From Leucoraja ocellata (taxonomy: Eukaryota): a DNA stretch of 64,000 bases. The notes under the pieces were generated by a model. It did no database searches and had not been told where the DNA came from. It was given only the letters and a program-made list of their open reading frames with translations. Shown piece by piece: positions 25,345-36,536 of the stretch. The number at the start of each line of letters is the position of its first letter. Position 1 is the stretch's first letter. Where the stretch lies: positions 5,022,001 through 5,086,000 of the forward strand of contig JAWMAR010000129.1 in assembly GCA_036785375.1 (NCBI GenBank). Direction: 5' to 3'. Both the position numbers and the translations under genes were made by a program.

Positions 25345-25595
25345 AGTTTAGAAATACAGCAAGAAAACAGGCCCTCCGGCCCACACTAACATTATCCTAC
25401 ACACACTAGGGACAATTTACAATTTCACCAAGCCAATTAACCTACAAACGTGTACGTCTTTGGAGTATGGAATTAAACTGGAGCACCCAGGTCACGGGGA
25501 GAACGAGTACAAACTCCATATAGACAATACTTGTAGTCGGGATCAAATCTGGGTCTCTGATGCTGCAAGGCAGCAGCTCTAGCACTGCGCCGCCA
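25345..25595 (-). mobile_element. tRNA-derived SINE (HE1/V-SINE type)
   Basis: Head, core and tail as in the other copies. Confidence 0.75.
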
Positions 25596-25855
25596 ACTTG
25601 CCTATGTATTTATATGTTTGTAATATGCTCATGAAGAAATGGAGTGCAATATGATAGTCCGCAATTTAGTTTAGTTTTCCTATTTGATGCTTAAGATGAA
25701 GCCACCGTGTTTTTGTTTTGTATAAAAATATATATAACTACTAAGTGACAGTTAACAATTGACAGACTTTTGGTTTCCGTAGAACATTTTGGAAATAACT
25801 GAGTTTGCTTTATTGCATGAGTAAAAATCATTGATTTCATTTTGTGGTAACTCAG

Positions 25856-26014
25856 CAACCATCATGGTTCCACACCGCTTGTATTGGCAAAGCGTAGAGG
25901 AGTAAACAAAGATGCAATCAAGTTACTGGAGTCGCTGGAGGAGCAGGAGGTGAAAGGATTCAACCGTGGAACTCATTCTAAGCTAGAAATTATGCAGACT
26001 GCAGAAAACGAGAG
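25856..26014 (+). CDS. ANKRD46: ANKRD46 coding exon 2
   Basis: ctcag|C AAC CAT...: (C)NHHGSTPLVLAKRRGVNKDAIKLLESLEEQEVKGFNRGTHSKLEIMQTAENE; donor GTAAAC; 159 nt; absent from the ORF track. Confidence 0.97.
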
Positions 26015-26113
26015 GTAAACATTAAGAGGTTAAAAACCTGGGTTTGTGGATATTTTATGGTGCTTTATTATTAGATATTTTTGTAAAACTGTTGAGAACA
26101 TAAACTTTTGCAA

Positions 26114-26518
26114 GATTTAGGAGATTGAGAGGGGATCTTATAGAAACATACAAAATTCTTAAGGGGTTGGACAGGCTAGATGCAGGAAGATTGTTTCCGA
26201 TGTTGGGGAAGTCCAGGACAAGGGGTCACAGCTTAAGGATAAGAGGGAAATCCTTTAAAACCGAGATGAGAAAAACTTTTTCCACACAGAGAGTGGTGAA
26301 TCTCTGGAACTCTCTGCCACAGAGGGTAGTTGAGGCCAGTTCATTGGCTATATTTAAGGGAGTTAGATGTGGCCCTTGTGGCTAAGGGGAGCAGAGGGTA
26401 TGGAGAGAAGGCAGGTACAGGATACTGAGTTGGATGATCAGCCATGATCATATTGAATGGCGGTGCAGGCTCGAAGGGCCGAATGGCCTACTCCTGCACC
26501 TAATTTCTATGTTTCTAT
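26114..26518 (+). mobile_element. Young CR1 LINE 3' end
   Basis: RGDLIETYKILKGLDRLDAG; near-identical to 36537-36950 and 63490-63890; tail ATTTCTATGTTTCTATT. Confidence 0.9.
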
Positions 26519-26622
26519 TAGCCTTTGATATTGGCATCATTTTTAAGGACCTTTTTCTGTTCATTGTTTTAGCAGCTTGAGTTAAATATCATGCAAGTGT
26601 ATAAATTTAAGTTGCAAACTTT

Positions 26623-26896
26623 ACCAAGACATACCTGCCTGTAATCAGTGGTATCATCAATGCATGTGATTCATGATCTAGGCTTTTTGCTCCACTATAA
26701 GTTATCCCAGGCCCTCTTGCAGGTCTTGATCAAAACAGCTTTTTAATTGGGTGCTAGCAAAAGGCATGACCCTTACACACTTAATCCCCGATTCCCACAT
26801 CTCGTCAAATAATACCGCTCCTTGATTCTTGCCCAGCCGAGATCATGAATCACATGCATTGATTATACCACTGATTACGGGCAGGTATGTCTTGGT
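26623..26896. repeat. Hairpin element: 62-bp inverted repeats (59/62) around a 150-bp interior
   Basis: ACCAAGACATACCTGCCTGTAATCAGTGG...GGCT (26623-26684) pairs with 26835-26896. Confidence 0.9.
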
Positions 26897-26944
26897 TCCC
26901 TGTTTCTTTTATTTATATTATAATTTGAGAATTTGTACAATATA

Positions 26945-27150
26945 GACAATAGGTGCAGGAGTAGGCCATTCAGCCCTTCGAGCCATTCAATGTGATCATG
27001 GCTGATCATCCACAATCAGTACCCCGTTCCTGCCTTCTTCCCATATCCCCTGACTCTGCTATCTTTAAGAGCCCTATCTAGCTCTCTTGAAAGTATCCAG
27101 AGAACTGGCCTCCACCGCCCTCTGAGGCAGAGAATTCCACATACTCGCAA
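26945..27150 (-). mobile_element. CR1 LINE 3' UTR fragment
   Basis: AATAGGTGCAGGAGTAGGCCATTC...GGCAGAGAATTCCAC matches the CR1 3' end. Confidence 0.75.
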
Positions 27151-27599
27151 CACAACACTAGTTCAAAAATGCAGGAAAGAAGGACATTTCAGTAAAAATT
27201 TGTAAATTAATTGTTAGCAGATGATTGAATTGATTACAACAGCGAATTACTTTGAGGCATGCATAATGAAAAAGCCCAGGGTAGTGTTGGTTAATCTGAG
27301 GTGTAATGCATTCTGTAATGGATTAAAGGAACAGGGGAAGAAATGAAAGATGCTTTTAATGATAAATTTAATGTTTTATGACTTAGAAAGAAGGGGTGAG
27401 GATGCATAAAGAAAAAAGAATAAGGGTTAGTCTTTGACTTGGAACCAGTTCACATAAGGGAGAAGTTTAGAAAAAGATGGTGGTCATCTGGAAAACGTCA
27501 CACAAAAACCATTTGATGCTATTTCAGTTTGTTTGTATTTGCTCACCAAGGGTAATGAGGAATATGTTTTTGCTCCAGTTGATTGTACTTTTATAACAC

Positions 27600-28460
27600 A
27601 GAACAGATGGTACAGCACAGGAACAGGCCGTTTAGGCCATGATGTGTGTGTCGAATTAAGCTGATCTTTGCCTGCACATGATCCATATCCCTCCTTTCCC
27701 TGCATTCATATGCCTATCTAAAAACCTCTTAAACACCGCTATCATATCTGCTTTCACAACTAACTGGCAGCTTATTTCAGGCACATACCACTCTCTGTTT
27801 AAAAATATATTCTGCCCTGTGCATCCCCTTTAAACTTTCCCCCATGACCTTAAAGCTATGCCCTCTAGTATTTGACATAGCCACACTGGGAAAAACAATT
27901 CTCAATTTTATACACTTCTATCAGGTCTTCCCTTAGCCTCCAATGCTCCAGACAAAACAATCCAAGTTTGTCCAACCTCTACTTATAGCTGATACCCGCT
28001 AATCCAGGTAGCATCCTGGAAAACATATTTTGCATCTTCTCTAAACCCTCCACATCCTTCCTGTAAATGGACGACCAGAACTGCACAGTCTTACAAATGC
28101 AGCCTAAACAAAGTTTTATGAAGCTGGAAAATTACTTCCCGACTCTTGTACTCATTGCCCCAAGTGATGAAGGCAAGCCATGAGGGACCTTGTCAAATAC
28201 CTTACTAAAGTTCATGTATACAACATCCACTGCCCTAGCCTCATCAATCGCCTGTCGCCTTCTCAAAAAATCTCAATCAGGTTTGTGAGACATGACCTGC
28301 GCCAGACAAAGCAAAAGTTTATTGTACCTAATTAGCCCATTCTCTTCCAAGTGCGAGTAATTCCTTACCCTTTCAATCTTCTCGAATGGCTTCCCTACCA
28401 CTGATGTGAGGGTCACTGGCCCATAATACCTGTATTATCCCGTTCCATTCTTTAAAAAAG
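27600..28460 (-). mobile_element. Old degenerate CR1 LINE fragments
   Basis: Minus-strand remnants of the RT (TTTAGTAAGGTATTTGACAAGGTCCCTCATGG), TRGHS and tail regions. Confidence 0.65.
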
Positions 28461-29230
28461 GCACATTGGCTACTTCAGAACCTCGTATGTGATCATAGAG
28501 AATACAAAAATCTTTATGGCCAACGTGACTTTACAAATTAAGATTCAGAAATTATTTTTATAAATAGAAGGAATCTTTAAGGAAATTGAACTTAATTATG
28601 CTTATATGTGAGATTTTGCCCTCAGAAGGATGTATGATACTATCTGTATTTATATTAGTTGTAGAGAGTGAATGCAGTGTTTTTATATGTCGCAATTGTT
28701 CTGATATTCTTTCCTGATTCTCATTCCTCACATAGGAAGCAAGAATCCATTAAAAAAAAACACACACAATTTGCCCACCAATCAGCAAATTGCCTTTAAC
28801 TGCCCTTGCGTGGCTTTCCAACATCTGGTATGCTGGTGGTTTATCCTCCATACTAAGATGCCGCTGATTGCAGGATTGTAGGAATATACTGAGTTAAGGA
28901 TTGATGCTTCCCCAACAGGAGGGGGGAGCTGTTCCCTAATTATTCTCTTGCCTCTTCTAGCGAGCAGGAGACTCAGAACATCATCCTCAGAGGTTGGGAA
29001 ACAGAACATCAGCCCCTCAGGTAAAGTTGGTGTGTTGGTTTGCCAAAAAAATAATTTGAATCTTTCCACAAAACAACAGCTCTTGTGTTCCTTAGTTGAT
29101 CTTAATTTTTTAATGTTTTTTTAATGTATTGAGTCCTAAATGTAATTGCTTCATGATGATTCAATTGATGGTTTAAAACTGACCTGTAAGTGACCATATT
29201 TTGATATTGTATGCAAATTTTATTTTTAAG

Positions 29231-29447
29231 TGCTATGGAGAGCCACTCACTGCTGAGTCCAAATCTGCAAAATACAGAAGGTGTTCTGTCCAGCTTCCGA
29301 TCCACATGGCAAGAGTTTGTGGATGATTTGGGCTTCTGGCGGGTCCTACTGCTCATTATTGTTATTGCACTGCTGTCTCTTGGCATTGCCTACTACGTCA
29401 GTGGAGTCCTGCCCTTTGTGGAAAACCAGCCTGAACTAGTGCATTAA
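29231..29447 (+). CDS. ANKRD46: ANKRD46 coding exon 3 (C-terminal transmembrane anchor)
   Basis: ttttaag|T GCT ATG GAG: SAMESHSLL...LGFWRVLLLIIVIALLSLGIAYYVSGVLPFVENQPELVH*; total CDS 687 nt = 228 aa. Confidence 0.97.
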
Positions 29448-30123
29448 ACTGCATCCAGCAAAACTGAGTTTAATACTGATTCATGCTGTCTGTGGCAGCA
29501 TGTCAGAATGCTAGCAAACTGGTCAGCGTATGATTCTTGCCATTCCAGTTACTAAATATTCTGCAACCAAGGTTCAGCAATTGTAGCCTTGGCATCAATT
29601 TCTATCTAGATGCTCTCACTTTGATTCCAGCCTTTAACACACATTTAGTTTTGAGCATTGTAACACTAGCAAAGCTTTGTTGACCACTTCTGAAGTATGT
29701 ATCCATTTGAGCCTTGTGTAAAATGTAATCTAAAGGTAGTGCTTCAAACTGATGTGCTCGTTGCAAAATACATATCTTCACCTTTTGGGTTGTTTATAGA
29801 ATAGAGGTGAAAATATCCATTGAAACATACTTTTGTTTCCTTTGTTTTTTGTCTTAAGGAAATGTGGCAAAACTTATTCCTATGTGTCCAAAATGAAGAA
29901 TTTAGAAATAATGGCTTCATGTTATAAGATTAACATAATTAAGAAGTCAAGACTCCAATAGAATGCTGATTTCAATAATCATTGAGATATTTAAAAGTAG
30001 TTAGTCCGTAGTCCATAGTCTTCTGTATGGGGCTGTCTAAGCCTCAAGATAGAACAAAAATCTGCACTTTTAAACTGTAGTAATGTAAATTTTAATTGTA
30101 TTAACGATTACTCCATGTATTGT

Positions 30124-30129
30124 AATAAA
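30124..30129 (+). terminator. Candidate ANKRD46 polyadenylation signal
   Basis: AATAAA about 680 nt after the stop, followed by the GT-rich TGTGTGTGTTATTT. Confidence 0.5.
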
Positions 30130-30403
30130 TTGAAGTACCTGAACAATATGTGTGTGTTATTTGAAGCAGTAGGTAAATTATGCATCATCCACATTGAGGT
30201 TAATTGAAACCTTGAAACAGTTAAATTAAAGTAAATTAAAAAATATGCACAATTGTAAGTTTATGAAAATTCTGTGCCCCCCAGTGATTTGCTGGAGAAA
30301 TTTGCTGATTGTAATTATTGTTACCTGAGGGCCGTTTATCGATGCTTTATCATCATCTCATATTATGGCTGCAGAGTGGTATGTTGAAACCTTTAATAAC
30401 ATA

Positions 30404-31362
30404 GGTGGATATTCAGGGAACGGGGTATTCAGGGAACGGGGGTTCCCCTCCTCCACCATAAATGAGGCTCGCACCAGGGTCTCTTCCATACCCCGCAACA
30501 CTGCTCTCTCTCCCCATCCCCGCACTCGCAACAAGGGCCGAGTCCCCCTAGTCCTCACCTTTCACCCCACCAGCCGTCACATACAAAAAATAATCCTCCG
30601 TCAGTTTCGCCACCTCCAACGTGACCCCACTACTCGCCACATCTTCCCATCTCCCCCCATATCTGCCTTCCGCAAAGACCGCTCCCTCCATAACTCCCTT
30701 GTCAATTCTTCCCTTCCCTCTCGGTCCACCCCCTCCCCGGGCACTTTCCCTTGCGGCCGCAGGAGATGCAACACTTGTCCCTTTGCCTCCCCCCTCGACT
30801 CCGTTCAAGGACCCAAGCAGTCGTTCCAGGTGCGACAGAGGTTTACCTGCATCTCTTCCAACCTCATCTATTGCGTCCGCTGCTCTAGATGCCAGCAGAT
30901 CTATATCGGTCAGACCAAGCGGAGGTTGGGCGATCGTTTCGCCGAACACCTCCGCTCGGTCCGCAATAACCAAGCTGACCTCCCGGTGGCTCAGCACTTC
31001 AACTCCCCCTCCCACTCCGCCTCCGACCTCTCTGTCCTGGGTCTCCTCCATGGCCACAGCGAGCAGCACCGGAAATTGGAGGAACAGCACCTCATATTCC
31101 GTTTGGGGAGTCTACACCCCCGGGGCATGAACATCGAATTCTCCCAATTCTGTTAGTCCTTGCTGTCTCCTCCCCTTCCTCAGCTCCCCTGCTGTCTCCT
31201 CCCACCCTCCAGCCTTCTGGCTACTCCTCCTTTTCCCTTTCTTGTCCCCACCCACCCCCACCCCCGATCAGTCTGAAGAAGGGTTTCGGCCCGAAACGTT
31301 GCCTATTTCCTTCGCTCCATAGATGCTGCTGCACCCGCTGAGTTTCTCCAGCTTTTCTGTGT
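30404..31362 (+). mobile_element. Penelope-like element (Cys-linker/Neptune type), 5'-truncated, GIY-YIG frame intact
   Basis: ORF 30365-31156 has CGRRRCNTC linker, NLIYCVRCSRCQQIYIGQT (GIY-YIG), RFAEH, LEEQHLI and GMN; 16-bp TSD AACCTTTAATAACATA at 30388-30403 and 31363-31378. Confidence 0.9.
31273..31300 (+). ncRNA. Minimal hammerhead ribozyme core in the Penelope terminus
   Basis: CTGAAGA-A-GGG(TTTCGG)CCC-GAAAC-GTT: CUGANGA box, stem II, GAAA box, palindromic loop-less stem III; stem I weak. Confidence 0.6.
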
Positions 31363-31904
31363 AACCTTTAATAACATATATTTGTAGTCATGTAAAGGAT
31401 GGAGCATTGCTATTGGTGCTCTTCTATTTCAAAAATTCTTCTCCAGCAAAATGACTGACCCATCCAGAAAATGAGCTGAACAGCAGGAGCCAAGGAGGGA
31501 AATGGAACAACTTCACTAATTCACAGCACGTGGCTAGCTATTTTGCGATTTATATTGACCTGTGTTAGAATTTCACGAGTCCAAGTTCTTTAATGACACA
31601 AAGCTGATGGTACTGTAAGCAGTGTAGATGGAAGCATTAAATTACAAGGACATTTACAGGTTAAGCAAATATGAGATTCACTTTGAACTTGGAAAGTACC
31701 AATCCCATCCTGTTTAAATGGTTAAAAGCTAGAACCAGTGGAGGTCGATGGGGATGAGAAACCACATGGATCGATAAGTAAAATCTCATGGTGTGATTCA
31801 GAAAATAATAATGTAATCAAATGCTGGTATTCATAGATCAAGTTGCATTTATACAAAACCCTGGCTAGATTCCACTTGCAGTGCTCCAAGCATTGCTGGA
31901 GATA

Positions 31905-32220
31905 GACAAAAGGCAGGAATAGGCCATTCGGCCCTTCAAGCCAGCACTGCCATTCAAGGTGATCATGGCTGATCAACCACAATCATTCCTCTTGTTCCTA
32001 TACTCAACTCCTCTTGTTATGAAGGCCAACATGCCATTTGCTTACTTCACTGCCTGCTGTACCTGCATGCTTACTTTCATTGACTGATGAACAAGCACCC
32101 CCTGATCCCGTTGTATTTCCCCTTTTCCCAATTTGACACCATTTAGATAATAAGCTGCCTTCCTGTTTTTGCTACGAAAGTAGATAACCTCACATTTATC
32201 CACATTAAGCTACATCTGCC
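31905..32220 (-). mobile_element. CR1 LINE fragments
   Basis: Minus-strand QVQQAVK/ANGMLAFIT and NVDKCEVI remnants plus 3' tail. Confidence 0.75.
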
Positions 32221-32419
32221 ATATGATGATAATAGGTGAAGAAGGATACAGTTGTTTTGGAAGGAATGCAATACAGATTAAGTTTTGAATTTTGTTTTAA
32301 GGTATGAGTAGAAATAAGATTTATTTCCCCTGTAATTTAGAAGTTTAACAATGTTTCCATCACCTTTGGAAACTTTTATTGCTGTTTATTATCAACATCA
32401 GGACCAAAGTTGTGCCAAT

Positions 32420-33024
32420 GAAAGTCAAAATTCAAACATGCCTCAAAACCCATTGGCTGGCGGTTCATTCTACGGCAAGACAATGATCCCAAACATACTG
32501 CTAAAGCAACAAAGGAGTTTTTCAAAGCTAAAAAATGGTCAATTCTTGAGTGGCCAAGTCAACCACCCAATCTGAACCCAACTGAGCATGCCTTTTATAT
32601 GCTGAAGGGAAAACTGAAGGGGACTACCCCCCAAAACAAGCATAAGCTAAAGATGACTGTAATACAGGCCTGGTAGAGTATCACCAGGGAAGATACCCAA
32701 CAACTAGTGATGTCCATGAAGTGCAGGCTTCAAGCAGTCATTGCATGCAAAGGATATGCAACAAAATACTAAACATGACTGCTTTCATTTACATGACATT
32801 GCTGTGTCCCAAGCATTATGGTGCCCTGAAATGGGGGACTATGTATAAACACTGGTGTAATTTCTACATGGTGAAACCAAAATGTATAAAAATGGCGTTT
32901 ATTAAAATCTGACAATGTGCACTTTAACCGCGTGATTTTTTTCTATTACAAATCTCAAATTGTTGAGTACAGAGGCAAATAAATAAATGATGGGTCTTTG
33001 TCCCAAACATTACGGAGGGGACAG
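32420..33024 (+). mobile_element. Tc1-like transposon 3' half (degenerate DD34E transposase and right TIR)
   Basis: Translates to FILRQDNDPKHTAKATKEFFKAKKWSILEWPSQPPNLNPTEH...KGYATKY*; internal DR GTCCCAA(G/A)CATTA; ends next to TA at 33025. Confidence 0.85.
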
Positions 33025-33384
33025 TATAAACTTTTAAAAAGGATTTTCAGAAGAGACGAAAGGAAGCTTCCCCCATGCAGAGACTGTAATAAATTTGGAA
33101 TTATTCCAGTCAGTAATTGATGCATCAATGTTTAATTCTGAAACTATGATACAAAAGAATGAATGTAGTTTGAAGTTGGGTCATATCAGCTGCAATTGGG
33201 TAATGGATTGAGTAGCTAACTGGCAAACTCCTGCTCCAATGCTGGTGCAAGGAATTACAGATGCTGGAATTTTGAACAAAACACGAGTTTTTCAATTACT
33301 CAGTGGGTCAGGCAGCATCTGTGGAGAGTGAACAGATATTCTTGACACCAAAAACAAACATAAAACATGGTGACTCTAGTAAAG

Positions 33385-33935
33385 CAGTCCCTCATTATAA
33401 TGGACCATAGGAGGGGTAATGGTATCCATTATTGTCAGTTGTCTGCAATAACCAAAGGGATTATCATTGCATAAGTAGTAAAAACAGACCACTGCAATAG
33501 AAGGGTAATATACAAAAAGACACAAAGTATTGAAGTAACAGCTAGATCAATCAGTACCCCTGGAAAACGTGGATAGGTGACGTTTGGGTCAAGACCTTTC
33601 TTCATACCCTCGGTCTGGAACTGGGCCTGGAATCCAGTGAGTTGACGGCCTGGCCAGCCGGCGGCAGTGGGAGAGGTGAGGATTGGAGGAGTCATCGGTC
33701 GCGGGCAGCTGGAGTGCAGGTAAGGATCGGTGGTGGCAGTGGCAGGCGCATCCTGGAAGTGGTTGAGGAAGCTGTGGGCCGGTGGTGGCGGGAGTAGGTC
33801 TGGCCTGGAAGCGGTCGGGAAGGTGATACGGTCTGGGGGTGGCGTTGGGAGCCCGGCCTGGAGGTGACGTTCAGGAGGACCATCCACTATACCCAAAATC
33901 TATTATAAAGAGGTACATAATAACAAGGGTTATAG
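33385..33935. mobile_element. Possible Tigger/pogo-like non-autonomous element, degraded
   Basis: Loose terminal inverted similarity CCCTCATTATAATGGACC / GGTACATAATAACAAGGG; related sequence near 10128-10167. Confidence 0.35.
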
Positions 33936-34361
33936 ATGCAATTTATACTTTTTTAAATTTCTTCTTTGTTTCCCTCTCTCCCCCTGCATGTTTTTTTCGC
34001 TTGGGTCTTTCATTGGCGTTTGTAACATGGAGAGGGTAGTGAGAGAAGTAATCCAATAAGCACCATTTCCCACCTCACACTTCCACACCTCTCATCCCCA
34101 CATGAGCACTTGCTAAGGTACAAGGCAATAAGGAGTAAATAAAGTTTTCTGTAACAATGTAAATTCAACAGCTACAATCCTGAGTGCATTTCATTGGGAG
34201 GGTTAAGGATTGGACAGGTGGTACCAGACAAAGCTAATTCAAACTGACTTTTGTATGTGACATTTTAATGTAATTAGGGCCTCAATGTTATTCTGAGAGG
34301 ACATTGATATCTGAACATTTAAAAGAGTTTATGAAGTTTATGGTGCTTAGAGATGTCTTTA

Positions 34362-34650
34362 CTTTAGACTTAGAGATACAGCGCTGGAACAGGCCATTTG
34401 GGTCACCGTGTCCACACCGACCAGTAATCGCCCCATACACCAACACTATCCTACACACTAGGAACAAGTTATAATTTTACAGAAGGCTATGAACCTGTAC
34501 ATCTTTGTAATGTGGGAGGAAACTGGAGCACCCGGAGAAAACCCATGCAGTTTCAGGGTAGAACGTACAGACAGAACCCGCAGTCAGGATCGAACCCGTG
34601 TCTCTGGCGCTGTAAGGCAGCGACTACCGCTGTGCCACTGTGCTGCCCCT
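34362..34650 (-). mobile_element. tRNA-derived SINE (HE1/V-SINE type)
   Basis: Head, core and tail. Confidence 0.75.
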
Positions 34651-35456
34651 GTGTCTGCTGTAGGTATGGGATAATAGTGATCATTGCTGCCTGACCCAGT
34701 GGCCCTGAAGGTATTGTTCACATTGGGGTGCACTGATTATCTATCCTCTTGATCACTGTGCAATTTTCACCATCCTACATCTTGCTGTGCAAGTTCAGAA
34801 GCTGCAACATCTCTTCGATGATGTCTTAGGTTTCATCATTATTCCTCAAGCCCTCTGGGTAAAACTAGTTATTTCAAATTTAGTGTATTGTAATCATTGC
34901 TCGTGACTGCAGTCTATGTCCAATTAGCTGACAGCGAAGTTAAATGTAAACTCAAGGAACAACGGGACCTTGCTTGTTGCCACTTGATAGTTCCTAGCAT
35001 TAATTGCATAATTAAATGTGTTTAGATTAGCTCTTCAACATCGATACAAATCAGACGATAAAAGGATGTTTATAGTATTCAAAGAACTTGGATCTGCAGT
35101 AACCCTTATCTCTCTGAATAAATAGGAACTCCGGGGTTAAAGAAGACGACAGGCATGGTGACAAGAATAAGTAACTGCAAGAATGTGCTCACTTCATTGT
35201 CTACAGAGAATTATACATTTCAACAGAAACATTTTGGCTTCTGCCCAAAGTAATTCTAGCGGCAGGATTTGGATAGGTTCAGTACTGTATGAAATTGTAA
35301 GACTATTGGAATTAATAAAACTTTAATTAATTAAAACAAAACAGTATGGCAATTTTCTCTAAATCTCCAACTCCTTGGCTTCGTTCCTTTTCTCAGTTGT
35401 TGTAGTGGATTATCTGCCTTCTGCCTGACTATTAGATTATTTTCAATTTCCTATTC

Positions 35457-35753
35457 ACAGTGGCGCAGCGGTAGAGTTGCTGCCTTTCAGCGACACAGAC
35501 CTGGGTTTGATCCTGACTGCGGGTGCTGCCTGTATGGAGTTTGTAAGTTCTCTCCGTGAACGCGTGGATTTCCTCCGGGTGCTCCGATTTCCTCCCACAT
35601 TCCAAAGACGTTTAGATTTGTAGGTTAATTTGGCTTTGGTAAAGTGTCCCCCCTAGTGTGTAGGAAAATGCTAGTGTATGGGGTGATCGCTGGTCGGCGT
35701 GGACTAAGTGGACTGAAGCGCCTGTTTCTGTGTTGTATCTCGAAATTCTAAAG
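35457..35753 (+). mobile_element. tRNA-derived SINE (HE1/V-SINE type), near full-length
   Basis: A-box TGGCGCAGCGG, B-box GGTTTGATCC, core and tail. Confidence 0.85.
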
Positions 35754-36145
35754 TCAAAATATCCGTCAATGTATTCTTCCTGCCACTGCAGTCTCTATTT
35801 TATTTTGTTGCACTTTTTTTCAATAACTGGCTGAGTCTCATAGAACATTAAACAAACAGTCCAGCACTGGAACAGGCTTTTCGCCCACTATGTCAGTATG
35901 TTACGCAGACAAGCCCTTATCTGCCTGCACATGATCCCTAAACCTCCATTCCCTGCATATCCATGTGTGTATCCAAAAGCCTCTTAAACACCACTATTGT
36001 ATCTGCCTCCTCATGGCAGTATGTTTCAAGGAATGTGGGATGCAACCCATGCAATCACAGGGAGAATATGCAAACTCCACAGCACCCAAGGTCAGAATTA
36101 AACCTGGGTATTTGTGAAGCTAAGTGCACAACTCAGGATAAGCAG

Positions 36146-36337
36146 AAGAAATACACAAAATGCTGGAGTAACTCAGCGGGACAGGCAACATCACTGGAGA
36201 GAAGGAATGGCTGACGTTTCGTCTGGAGACTGAAGGGTCTCGACCCAAGACATCACCATTCACCTGCCCCTCTGAGTTACTCCAGCTTTTTGTGTCTTTC
36301 TTTGGTTTAAACCAGTACCTGCAATTCCTCTTGACAT
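36146..36337. mobile_element. Fold-back Penelope-terminus element with 15-bp TSD
   Basis: ACTCAGGATAAGCAG at 36131-36145 and 36338-36352; arms ACACAAAATGCTGGAGTAACTCAG / CTGAGTTACTCCAGCTTTTTGTGT. Confidence 0.8.
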
Positions 36338-36536
36338 ACTCAGGATAAGCAGTTTGACACAAGATTGAGACGAGGAATGAGAGAGTTGGGCACCTTTGGG
36401 TACCAGCATCCACAGCTCCACCCAGAGAGGAGTGCTGAAGATTTAGGGGTTGAGGATCTGAGGACTAGGGGGGAGGGGGGTGAAATGGGGGAAGGGGGAA
36501 GTGTGGGGGCAGGGAGAAAAAGGGAGGTGAGAGAGA

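Noticed and set aside
35457-35530. tRNA genes (here and at other A/B-box heads)
   Set aside because: Each head runs on into the SINE core and CR1-like tail, with no convincing complete cloverleaf.
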